Source of the DNA: Asterionella formosa | Taxonomy: Eukaryota | Assembly (NCBI GenBank): GCA_002256025.1 | Contig: NKIB01014492.1 | Coordinates: 1-42,961, forward strand | Length of the DNA: 42,961 nucleotides | Direction of reading: 5' to 3' | Shown here: positions 11,660 to 22,549 of the stretch, one piece after another | How positions within the stretch are numbered: the stretch's first letter is position 1 | Layout: every line of letters starts with the position of its first letter | Made by a program: the position numbers and the translations under genes | The notes under the pieces: model-generated | Told to the model about the DNA's origin: nothing | Seen by the model: the letters and a program-made list of their open reading frames with translations, nothing else | Databases searched by the model: none

Positions 11660-11849
11660 CTTACTTTCAAGTTTCTATAGTAGCGAAAAACTTTCTTGGA
11701 CATTTGTGCTTCCTAATTTGTTCTTGTTTAGCTGAGCTGTGCATTGAGAAACATGGACCATACATGTTCTGTAGATTTCGAATACCATCAAAGCAAATGG
11801 AACAAACAAATTTATTGCAATCAATGCAAAATTGATGACTTAGCAGTCA

Positions 11850-12935
11850 ATGCAAATCCCACCACTTTACCACTTTCTTGAGAATCATCCAACTCATCAG
11901 TAGGACTATTAGTTAAAGGTTTTGGTGCGTGTTACATTTCACACTGATGACAATCATGATACTTTTGTCCTCAGCAATTACAGAAGAAGTCATAACACTT
12001 CTTGTCTCTTGACATCATAAGTTTATATCATCATAAGTTTATATGAAGGAAGGTAAATTATCAAAGCAATTCAATACAGCTGCATGATATCTATCTTCAG
12101 AGAGTATGTGTTTGAACCTCCTCTCGTACTACAGATCAAGGTGAGCAACAATCTCATTAGATTTCCCCTTTCGAGTTTGAGCGGCCTGAAAATTTAGCAT
12201 CGACATATCCATCATGGTAGGGGATTTATTTTATCTTGGAGATGAATAGTCACTATCATGATGGTGCTTTCGTTCATGCTTTTTTTGTTTGTTGCCATTC
12301 CTTCCATGCTCCTTCTGCCTCCTGCTCTCTTATTGTTCTGCTAGCTGCACCTCTTGTCGAATAATATTGACAACATCACTGTCTTTCACATCTGGAACCA
12401 ATTTTAGATTCTTCCGAAACATCTTTAAAATCAGCAAAAAGCATACAGAAGGGTTTTTGTATTCCCATTGAATGGATGGTGGGTTTGGAAAAACCATGAT
12501 ATTGAGTCGACCGGTCAATTAAGCAGGTAAATCTACTCCATCAATCATGATTTGACAGGCTGGATTCTTCTTCTGGAAACTTTGCTTTATAAATATTGCA
12601 TAGAATTTGAAGTATGCATCCTTCAAACCTAATCCACTTGAAAGTCTGTGCAACTCTTGGGTAATGTTTGAATTACTAGAAATGATAGTGTTGCAAATTA
12701 TGGTCCTTATCTCCTGTCACTTTCTCCACAGTGTATCACGCACCTGCTGTCATGATAGATTTATCTTTGGAATCCAAGGAATGCATATCGCAATTGCGAT
12801 TTTAAGGTGGTACCGCACATATCATCTTCAACGTCTTCATCCAGAATTCTAAAATAGCACTCAGGACAAGCCATAACTCGAAATTTCTTCTCTTCTCTTC
12901 CCTTGATGTAAACCTGTGTTGAATTTCGCACCCGT
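11850..12935 (-). pseudogene. Decayed ORF convergent with the Harbinger transposase; possibly the element's second (Myb/SANT-like) gene
   Basis: Broken protein-like segments on the minus strand (FTSREEKRRNFELWLVL; WEYKNP..FRKNLKLVPDVKDSDVVNIIRQEVQLAEQ). The position fits the two-gene Harbinger layout, but no unambiguous motif is visible. Confidence 0.35.
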
Positions 12936-12939
12936 CAGC

Positions 12940-14068
12940 AAATATAATGGCAACTGGTAGTTCGAAAGCAATGGAACCAGATGCTGGTGTAGAAATGATG
13001 ATTGATGCAGTAATGAAAAACAATGTTATTTACTCTACAATCATATGTGATGATGATCCTACTATTCGAGCTGTTTCTAGCTAGCTAAGTGGTCCTATAA
13101 GGAGCTATTGAAACTACAACCATCCTTCCAATGGCCAAAAACGTTGAAAGGATTTAAAAAATCGGACAAAGGATGCCTTCCACTGCTGACTGTACCCGAA
13201 CCTACATTTCTGTGTGACCCATCCCACAGAGTACAGGTCCTTCTCCGCCTAGCTTTTCTGAAATCCAATTTCCCAGTCTCCCTTGAGCGTCCCTCAAAAG
13301 CAGCTTGTCTCCGGTTGAAAGTTTACTATGGCGCTTGGATTAAAAAAAACCTCTCTCTGGCCGAATTCAGTTATTCCTCCAAGGCACCAATCAACCATTT
13401 ATGTGGTGGCTGCCACAATTACTGCTCTGAGACATGGTGCCCTGTAAAAGCAGGAATAATGGTTAGTAATGGAAAAAATCATGACAAGGAAAAGGAGAAA
13501 AAAATTATACAAATGGTTAATGCTGCATGTTGCAACGAAAGTCGAAGGCGAAAAGCTGCTATCATTGCATCATCCCTTTGACATGCAGATTAATGAGGCA
13601 ATGAACAATGCAGTGTCGCGATGATGTCCAAAAAACAAGCTGTTTGCGGGATCTGGAAGCCTTCAATATCGAGTGGCTTCCTTGCTGATCAACACACTCA
13701 AGGAGCAACAAAATACACAAGGAAAGTATACAAGCAATGTGCTGGAATGCAGATCATGTCAGCACTGCAAGAATCCTTCTGGAGACAAAAAGAAAAGTGA
13801 CAAAGTGACGATGGAGCCTATAAAGCACAATTCAAGCGAAAGAGGAAACGAAGCGAAAAAATACTTGCAGCACGATTTGACACAGTCAAACAGGAAAGGC
13901 AAGACAACAAATCAGGTAAGACTTACGGTTCTGGTGTTGCGCTCAGAAGGGAACATCAGGAAACAAGAAGGAAAGGAACAAGCAAATGTCTGCAATCATT
14001 GTGGCTGCAATGATCATCAATGGAAAAGCAGCGCACTCTGTCCATTCAATGTAGGCAAAAGTTTCTGA
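12940..14068 (+). mobile_element. Mutator-like (Phantom-type) transposase pseudogene, 5'-truncated
   Basis: GSSKAMEPDAG..TIICDDDPTIRA (from 12956), PEPTFLCDPSHRVQV, KAPINHL..HNYCSETWCP, LHPFDMQINEAMNNAVSR*CPKNK..SGSLQYRV, and a terminal Zn-knuckle CNHCGCNDH..SSALCP. Multiple stops and frameshifts. Confidence 0.8.
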
Positions 14069-14194
14069 TCATACTGGTATGCATATGATCAATGATGATC
14101 AGCTACCTAATGTGGATATTGTACCTGCAACACCCAAGAAAATGTTACATGTGCATCCAGTGTGGCCAGCTTGGGTTTGCAAGACCACGCAAAC

Positions 14195-14953
14195 CAGGCC
14201 AATCAATTGTCGGCAAGTAATTGAACTTGACCAATCAAAATATTTATAGTGAAGCGTGCACTTACAATGGAATCTTTTGTACAGGCGACTGTAGGACGAA
14301 ATATTGAATCACAAAGCTCCTATTCTGGCTGATGATGACATTTTGGCAATTAGCTAGTGATTCTGATTCCAACATTTTGGTGATCATTGAAAGGCCAATA
14401 TTGTGAATGATGATAGCTCAACGTTGGCAGGGTTTGAAGAAGAGTTAAGTTCATAGGTAATCTCCATATAGCCCCAAAAGGTTAATTTTCGGCGAGAAAC
14501 TGTAGAAAGGAACTAANNNNNNNNNNNNNNNNNNNNNNNNNNNNNNNNNNNNNNNNNNNNNNNNNNNNNNNNNNNNNNNNNNNNNNNNNNNNNNNNNNNN
14601 NNNNNNNNNNNNNNNNNNNNNNNNNNNNNNNNNNNNNNNNNNNNNNNNNNNNNNNNNNNAAAATAAACAAGTTGGCCTGGTAAAATCCATTGTTTTTAGC
14701 GTAGTTAGAAAACCGAAGTTCCTTTCTGCATTTTCTTGCCAGATCCTGTATCCTGACAATATATAGTGTTGACCTATACCCCTACTTTGATCAATGACTG
14801 TATTTAAGCATAGGGAAAGGGTGTGCCTTGGTGAAAGCTCCGTTTAGCGATATACATTTATCTTTTACTCTAATGATGTGTGTGTTTGATTACTCTGACT
14901 CAAAATTATTTTTTAGCCCTACCTCGAGCTAGGGGTTCAACTGCAGGAACCTT
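14195..14953 (+). mobile_element. Long terminal region of the Mutator-like element (copy 1), interrupted by an N gap
   Basis: Directly downstream of the transposase and colinear with 28805-29447. Ends ggggttcaactgcaggaacctt. Contains an internal inverted repeat (gagaaactgtagaaaggaac versus gttcctttctgcattttct). Confidence 0.75.
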
Positions 14954-15594
14954 AATGCTGCCATGAATGTGTGTACCAGTATCATGTAGCTCCATAATTC
15001 TGCATGTCAAATCATGTGGTTAGCGACCTTCTTGAAATACCTGGTAATTAACAGTCAAGCATGACATCAATGCAACGTCAGCGCGCACGCAGCTCCAAGG
15101 GGGTTCATTCATCATACCGCACTATACAAAGCTATATTTATTTACATATCGGGAGCCACGACCTACACCGGACGCACAGTCGCATGCTGAATCAGTAGCT
15201 ATGTCGACAACTATGAATTGCATCCCATTCAAGTCTGGTTATGAATTTTCTATCTTGTTCTTGCACTTCATTGTCATCATCAGCATCTCCATTGTGTATA
15301 ACGTAAATTAGAAAGTAGCCAAAACCAGTCAGTACATTTAGATGATAACACACGAATGCGCTTTTCAAAGGCAGCTACGAATCTTCGGGGCAGCAAAATG
15401 AAACTCGTCTAATTCATCCGTGCCATCAACCGTATTACTGTACGGAGTATTAGCTAACAAAGCAAATTAAAAATTGCCTTGTAGTGCTAGATCAGCACTC
15501 ACGCAACCCAAACAAAATCATGTTGCTATTCCCTCCAAAATCTCCGATCTATTGTCAACATGAAATAAAGTTGCAATCTCCAAATAGAGCTAAG

Positions 15595-16383
15595 CTAGAC
15601 ACCAGAAAAGTCGATTCGCTCGCCATGCTCTTCGTGGTCGTCGCATGTCTGATCATGTAAACAGTTAACGTCCAGGACTTGGTTCACGTTGCCCGAAGCG
15701 AGCATACTATTACTGGTCGATCTTGGTCTGATAAAGGGGACGATCAAATTCCGTTCTTGGCCGCTATCTGTGTCGATACCTACAAGCAATGATATTTCTT
15801 CCTCCCTCAAATTCAAAATAGCATGATATTCTCTCAAAAAGTCCAATCCCAACAGCAAATCCACTCCCTGATTGGTTTGTTCCAAAATAGTAATAGCCGG
15901 AGCTGCCAGTTTCTGATTCATGACATGCAGAATCAGCGCTCCCGCCGGTAGCCTTCCTAAGACGCGGCACTGTCCAACCCCGAGCGCGTGTCCCGCATAG
16001 CGTCGATCCAGCAAATGCAAGACTCCCGCTCGTCGGGCTGCTTGATAGGAAAGTACCGACACTTGTGCTCCTGTATCGACAAAGGTGGCGGTGGGGGTCA
16101 TTTTTCCAGTCTGGTCTTCTGTTTGAAGACTGCAAGGCATTTGTAGGAGTGGGTGAGATTCCATGTGCCGAGGAGCTTGGAACTCATCGTAATCCGGGTC
16201 GTCCGAAGCAAATCCCTCTGTCCAATCGTCCGGGTCAGATGAGGACGCAACGGCATTATTCTGAGCCTCCTTCTTGCTTGCCGAGCCTCCCTTGATGGCA
16301 TTGACGAGAGACCCGAGCGGTGATGCTGCTGCTGTCACTAAGAGGAGGAGAGAGATGAGAAAGGGAGAGCTAGAACGCATCAT
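15595..16383 (-). CDS. DDI1-like retroviral-type aspartyl protease with N-terminal signal peptide, no UBL/UBA
   Basis: FVDTGAQVSVLS active-site motif; LLDRRYAGHALGVGQCRVLGR and VDLLLGLDFLREY match the DDI1 RVP domain. Leader MMRSSSPFLISLLLLVTAAAS. Confidence 0.85.
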   Translation of the reverse strand: MMRSSSPFLISLLLLVTAAASPLGSLVNAIKGGSASKKEAQNNAVASSSDPDDWTEGFASDDPDYDEFQAPRHMESHPLLQMPCSLQTEDQTGKMTPTATFVDTGAQVSVLSYQAARRAGVLHLLDRRYAGHALGVGQCRVLGRLPAGALILHVMNQKLAAPAITILEQTNQGVDLLLGLDFLREYHAILNLREEEISLLVGIDTDSGQERNLIVPFIRPRSTSNSMLASGNVNQVLDVNCLHDQTCDDHEEHGERIDFSGV

Positions 16384-16463
16384 GACCGTTTGTAAATTCT
16401 GTAGCTCCTTTTCTTTCTATGAGTTTATGTTGATTCTACTTACCTGGATGTAGTAGCTATCCG

Positions 16464-16490
16464 TTTGGTTTGGTTTGGTTTGGTTTGGTT
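16464..16490 (+). repeat. (TTTGG)5 microsatellite
   Basis: Direct reading: tttggtttggtttggtttggtttggtt. Confidence 0.9.
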
Positions 16491-17161
16491 CCTTCGTTGA
16501 TGTGTGCATTTCAAATACCAGTATACAACCGATAGTAGGGGGGGTACCTTGTACTACCGGTACACCTGTGTCAGACTAACAGGTACCTGGTACCCCCACC
16601 GGAAATTTAAATTAGTATGTACTGTACTTATGTCACATCATATTCTCAACTGGTACAAAATAAATGTTCTTGATAGTATTTTTATGACTGATGACGTCTG
16701 CAGTTTTTTCTGCTTGGTTGCTTCTCTACATACCGGTACCGTACCTCTAATCATTGGTCGTTCCTTCTTCATTCATGCAACGACACCATGCAAGTAGCGC
16801 TTTCGTCAGAGGAGGGTGTGGTCGAGGAGTTCTTTGTCACTCATCACCCTGCGCGCGGTGGCTTTGCGCAAATTCCACATTGGCCTGACTGTGTCTGCGT
16901 ACATCTTTAGATGTAGTACCAGGATCTGAAGCGGGATCAGCCTGTTCTGCCCTGCTGGGGCAGCATCTGCCAGACTGCTGTAGTTAAACAAAGTTATGAA
17001 TTCATATTCATAGAGTTGATTAGCCAGGCGGCTGCAGGTGGTACTTAGCACACTGGTAGCTAGCCTAAACAATAAAAAATTATGAAAATACCAGCACACA
17101 CCAACAAAGTATATAAATGTATAGCTAATATCTTGGTTGAATCAAAAGTCTCCTTTGTTCC

Positions 17162-17510
17162 ACCCTCCATCAGCGCGCTATAGATACCGAAGTTAGGTTG
17201 TTTGTATGAGAACATGGTGTCATTGCATACCCTCTATCACCTATAGATACCAATGTCACCTTGTTTGTATGACAATGTGTTTTAGCATGTTTTAGCATAC
17301 CCTCCATCACCACCTATAGATACCAACAATGTCACCTTGTTTGTACAAGAATTTGTTATTGCATGCCCTCCATCACCTTCTATGATAGATACCAATTCTA
17401 CATTGTTTTTAAGAGAATGTGTTATTGCATACTACCCTCCATCACCTAAAGATACCAATGTTAGGTTCTTTGTACAAGAACGTGGTATTGTGTATGCTCC
17501 ATCACCTAAT
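17162..17510 (+). repeat. Minisatellite, about 5.3 copies of a ~65-bp unit
   Basis: ccctccatcacctatagataccaatgt...tgtttgta..agaa..tgttattgcat recurs at ~17162, 17229, 17299, 17365, 17433 and 17497. Confidence 0.85.
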
Positions 17511-19125
17511 GAATTTTAATTGATTGAGTGACTGCTAATTTTTTTATGGCTGGGTGCACGAAGAAAATTTTTTGGGTAGCCATAGTAGAGCTGTTATGTA
17601 ATTTTTTAAGCTTTCGGTTGGATGCAGATCTATCATGTCACACTAACAGGAGGGCCAAGCTTCTTCTGAGCCAATGTAATGTACATCAAATTCATTGCTG
17701 ATGGTGATGTATGGACTTGAAAGCTGCTATAATATCCGCAGGTGAGTAATTTACACCTTGTCTCCCACTCTTGTTTTTCCGGGACACTGCCAGGTAAGTT
17801 TCACTAACTCCATTTGTGAACAATTCAAGCGCGCGCTTCCATATATAATAAATCGTGATTCTACTGACGTCGAATTTTGTAGCTAGCTGGAGGTGAACAC
17901 CCAGATTTACTGCCAGCTGTCCATTTCATCATTTCCATCATTGTCCTTTGTAGGTTGCAAAGCATGCAATTGACAATGGATTGTCACTGTTCTGGTGTCA
18001 AATACTTCGTCTTATGTCTGTCGAGTCTCATGTCTATCGAGTAACGAAGGGTCAACATTAAGGGGGGGGGGGGGGGGTGTCAAAAAAAACAAAAAAAAAA
18101 AAGGACAAAAAAAAAAAACAAACAAAAAACACCCAAAAAGATTACTTAGAACATATATGTTATGTACACCATCTGGATTGGAATATTTTATTAAATAGGA
18201 AGGGCTGGTGGCTGGAGAATTATTGGAGCTTGTGCTTCATGATTGGCCAAGCCATAAAGTTTGGTTGCAACTAAAGTTGAACAGAGGGAGATGTACTGGA
18301 ATTATACTAGTCTACTTATATTATTTTGGCATTCTTTTCCTATTTTGATTTTTAAATATGAAATAGGACTGCTGTAAAATCCTTTGTACGTATGATTGGT
18401 ACCATTTGTATGTACATACGATATTGCATGACTCAATGCACGGAGAGTTGAACATGGATGCGGCGTGCGCACCACGCTTTCTGCAAAGAAGCATGATCAG
18501 TGACGTCACTCCTCTGAACTCACCCCTTCTCGCAACCACTCACTCACCTTGTCATAGTACCGGTATACTGTATACTGCATACCAGTGCCAGGTACCGCTA
18601 TCTTACCGGTACCTACCCGGTACCAGGTACCGTTAGTAAGCAACCAAGCTCCGTTTCATTTGGTGATCATACCTGGTACCACCGGTATGTACTTACTATC
18701 TACAAATGCCTACGACCAATACGAATAGAAAAGAAGACGACGGTACTGTGTACGGTAATACCGGTATGTACATCATGGTTTACGACCGTGCAACTATCAA
18801 TATAGTACCAGGATGCTATTATTACGGGTACATCGTCCGGCACTCAATAGTGCGTGTGCATACAATATGTTTCAAAAGAAATTCTTTTGCTTCCTATGCT
18901 TCCTTGTACAAAGAGCCACCAGAGCCGATTCCTCCGCTTACCTCGCTGCCTTACTGCTCGACTTTATTGGAACCACACCACATACTCAAACAGCGTTCGT
19001 TCATCGATAACTAATAGCTGTACCTTTGCTATAGACGAACCTGCTTCTCACATAAGTAAGCAATTGGATAGCTGTACCGGTAGTTGTGTATTCATTTGAA
19101 CACAAGCAGTCTTCCATCCATACCA

Positions 19126-20205
19126 ATGGCCCCGAACGACTACATACAAGCTCGCAAATCCGGCGTTGTGAGTTGCATCATTGACAATAGACCATATTTA
19201 CCCCAACTCAAGGTCGATGTATCGAACGACGCTTCCATTCTAGCAGCCGCTGAGGCGCTTGTGACTATTGGTGACGAGCCGACCATTCAAAGAATTCAGG
19301 GAGGACTTACAAATGACCTGTTTCGAATATCCTCGGCATTTACTTCCTTCTCATGCTTGGTCCGAGTGTTTGGTGCCGAAGGATTGATTGACCGCGACAT
19401 GGAGAACACTAACTTTGCGGCTCTCTCTCAACAAGGACTAGCACCTGCCTATTACGGCCGATTTGCCAATGGCAGAGTCGAGGGGTGGTTGAACATGAGG
19501 CCTTTGGCAGTTCGAGAATTGCCACTCTATGCAAAACAAATTGCCTCCTCGTTGGGAACCATGCATTCCACCTTTTCCATTCCTCCCACTGTGAGTCCAA
19601 CACCGGCTCTTTGGACGCAATTACGAGATTGGATGCACCAAGCCCTTGTCGTTACATTTTCCAATGAAGTGGATGCACATCGAGTTGCTGCCATGGAACT
19701 TTCCGAATTACCGGCCCAACTCGATTGGTTACAACAAGAGGTGGTCCCCCGTGACGCTCCCGTTGCATTTTGTCATAATGACTTGCTGGCGGCAAACATT
19801 TTGGTGGCAGAAGGTGGGGACACGAGTGTTCAACTCATCGATTTTGAATATGGGTCAGTCAACTTTATTGGCTTTGATATTGCCAATCATTTCAATGAAT
19901 ATGCTGGTGGAACGGACAATGGTGTGCCTCAATATACGTTATTGCCGACAGAGGCTCAACAAGAGGAGTTTATTGGCGAATACCTCAAGTTGAGTCAAAT
20001 ATCAGGAGACTTGTACACTGAAGTACGTGCCTTTATGCTTGTCAATCATTTGTATTGGGGACTATGGGCTGTCAATCAGGGAGCAAAAGAGGGATGTGAT
20101 GAGTTTGACTATCTGTTGTATGCTCAAAATCGAATTGGACAATACCGGAAAAGCAAAAGAGCGGTAGTAGTGCAGAAGAGAAATGCACCGTCGCTTTCGC
20201 AGTAA
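19126..20205 (+). CDS. ETNK: Ethanolamine/choline kinase
   Basis: GGLTNDLF, LVRVFG..LIDRDME, YYGRFANGRVEGW, Brenner motif FCHNDLLAANIL, LIDFEYG..FDIANHFNEYAG, HLYWGLWA. The first ATG (MAPNDY) is at 19126. Confidence 0.95.
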   Translation: MAPNDYIQARKSGVVSCIIDNRPYLPQLKVDVSNDASILAAAEALVTIGDEPTIQRIQGGLTNDLFRISSAFTSFSCLVRVFGAEGLIDRDMENTNFAALSQQGLAPAYYGRFANGRVEGWLNMRPLAVRELPLYAKQIASSLGTMHSTFSIPPTVSPTPALWTQLRDWMHQALVVTFSNEVDAHRVAAMELSELPAQLDWLQQEVVPRDAPVAFCHNDLLAANILVAEGGDTSVQLIDFEYGSVNFIGFDIANHFNEYAGGTDNGVPQYTLLPTEAQQEEFIGEYLKLSQISGDLYTEVRAFMLVNHLYWGLWAVNQGAKEGCDEFDYLLYAQNRIGQYRKSKRAVVVQKRNAPSLSQ

Positions 20206-20634
20206 TAGACCAGAAGCAGTTCATAGTGCAACTGCATCACATAAAATGAAAACTATTAGTCTAGGAAATTTACAGAGAACCTATTTTGTTTTGAAAAATA
20301 AAGACCCATTCGCAGTATTGAAATCAAACCTTTTTAACTTCAGAAAGAGGGATAATGTAGTATTCCAGAGTACCCGGTAGGCATTGCCGAACAACCTCCA
20401 ATTCTGATGGTTGGAAGCATGTATGGGATAGATTCCAAAACAATCGTCGCACCGCAACTTGGCCTTAATGACAATTACAATACAATTATAAACACGAGAA
20501 AGAAAAAATAGATTTATAGATTATGCTCAAAAATGTATTACTATATATATAAAGTCTCGTCGTGCCATGTAGCATCTAGGATATAAAATAATATATGTAC
20601 ATGAAATTGCATGTTCACAACAACAACAATATCA

Positions 20635-21286
20635 TCACTGAGTTGCCTTGGTAAGTTGCTTTGCTTTCCAATCCATCACGGCTGCCTTGATGGCATCTTC
20701 TGCCAACATGCTGCAATGAAGTTTCACAGGAGGCAACTTCAAATGGGCAGCAATGTCCGTGTTTCGAATCGACAAGACCTCATCGACAGATTTGCCCTTG
20801 ATCCATTCGGTCGCGACAGAGGAACTTGCAATGGCAGATCCACATCCAAATGTTTTAAACTTGGAGTCGATAATGTTGCCTTGGTCGTCAACTCTGATTT
20901 GGAGCTTCATGACATCGCCACAGGCGGGAGCGCCCACGAGGCCCTGAAGAATACGCATGGAGATTCAGTCAAGTGTGAGTGACCGTGCGGACACGAGTGA
21001 ATGTGAAGAATAGTAACGGATACACCACCAGCACGTTCACGACACGTGCTAATATGATGATTCGTCTCAATGAATCCCACAAGAAGCGGTGACAGCGAGA
21101 GAGCACAAGACGTACCGTTCCAACATCGTCCGAATTCTTGTCCAGAGCACCAACATTTCTTGGATTTTCGTAATGCTCAACAATATTTTCGTGGTAGCTT
21201 CGCGTCGAACCAACCAACGCTGCCGCCCTTGCTCTGTGAGAGACAGTCATTCTTGAGATCGATCGGGATGCGACAGCAGATAACAT
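20635..21286 (-). CDS. ISCU: Mitochondrial Fe-S cluster scaffold IscU/Isu1 (2 exons)
   Basis: Exons 21286-21116 and 20943-20635 with an intron at 21115-20944 (gtacgt...ttcag). Motifs: YHENIVEHYENPRNVG, GLVGAPACGDVMKLQI, KTFGCGSAIASSS, LPPVKLHCSMLAEDAI. Arg/Ser-rich mitochondrial presequence. Confidence 0.97.
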
Positions 21287-21721
21287 CTTAGTGGGATTTT
21301 AGAATGAGAAAGTTCTATTGTGAGGATGCGTTTGATGTTTGCTGCTGATGCTTTCTTGAAAATATGACTGTGATGGGGGTAATTCCAAGTACCAGGTACC
21401 TTGGTATACCTAGTACCTGGTACCACGTATTACTTCGTGACAGGAGTACCAGGTACATGGTAGTATCTATGGTACTCCTGATAGGTAGGCCGTCAGGCAA
21501 AGACTCAGCAGTATACACTGTACCAGGTACTGGTACCAGTAAATCTTCCTTGTTGTTACCTTCAGACGGGTACCTCCGGGTCGTCTGTGCATCAATCATA
21601 GTGGTACTAAGTACTACATGAGTACCAGGTGCCCTCGCTCTGTTCCGGCATTGCATCACCGGGACCAAGTAGTACCTTGGCGATGTTTCAACAATGAATA
21701 GAGCAGTCAAGTCGGTTGTAT

Positions 21722-21932
21722 TCTGAATCATACATTCAAGAGATTGTCACCACAGAAGATGTTGCCATGAATAATCATATCATGGGAGTTCGACCGAGTG
21801 TGTTTGAATTGAACGGCTATCTTTCCACCATGTTTCTAGTCACCTCTATGAATTTGGATCGACATGGCAAGCCCTTCGTAAGTTCAATTGAATCAGATTT
21901 CTATCCTTACGATGGAGTTTAGTATCATCCAG
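21722..21932 (+). pseudogene. GGH: Internal fragment of gamma-glutamyl hydrolase (peptidase C26)
   Basis: VAMNNHIMGVRP..FLVTSMNLDRHGKPFVSSIE..YPYDGV*YHP matches the GGH segment ending YGVQ(Y/W/F)HPE, with the Gln codon replaced by TAG. No flanking gene parts are visible. Confidence 0.75.
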
Positions 21933-22549
21933 TCCAAGAGCCCCCTGTTGCATGCTGGCTGATACCCGGATATAATAAAATCAAAGCGGTGGGGTTAACA
22001 AAATAATTATGATACGACAGAGCACAAGCATTTTTTCTAATCATTACAGCATATAATTGCTCCATCATGATGTACATGAAGACCGGACACGGTGCACCAC
22101 AATCGTGATAAAATAATGAAGTTGCTGGTAGGATTCCTGAGAAAATTCAAAACAATCTCAATGTTGTGATGGACACTCCGAGTCACAAGCACCTTGTTAT
22201 CTATTTGTGATTAAGAAGTTTCGTGGCGCGTCGATCCCATCAATTTCGTCCCTATGATTTCATTTATTCTATCACTATGTCTGATTGATGCCTTGCTTTA
22301 ATGCTTAGATGATACAACTCCACCAAGCCAACTTTGCAATCATCACGAGTTCCGAATCGGATCAAATCAAATCACGTCGATGTCGTGTGGGAGTCAGCTG
22401 GAACAACTGTCAAAGTGGCGAATAGAAATAGTGGAGTGGTAGTCATTGCCATCAATGGGCGATGAAATTAACACAACGGAATGATCTCATAATCCACATC
22501 CACTTGCACATCAAATCAGAATCAAAACCCGAACGATACATCCTCAAGA

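Noticed and set aside
17162..17510. CRISPR-like appearance of regularly spaced repeats
   Set aside because: The sequences between the cores are homologous to each other rather than unique spacers; the context is eukaryotic and there are no cas genes.
18061..18135. G15 run followed by broken poly-A runs and Lys-rich ORFs
   Set aside because: Typical low-quality read tail after a homopolymer; likely an assembly artefact.
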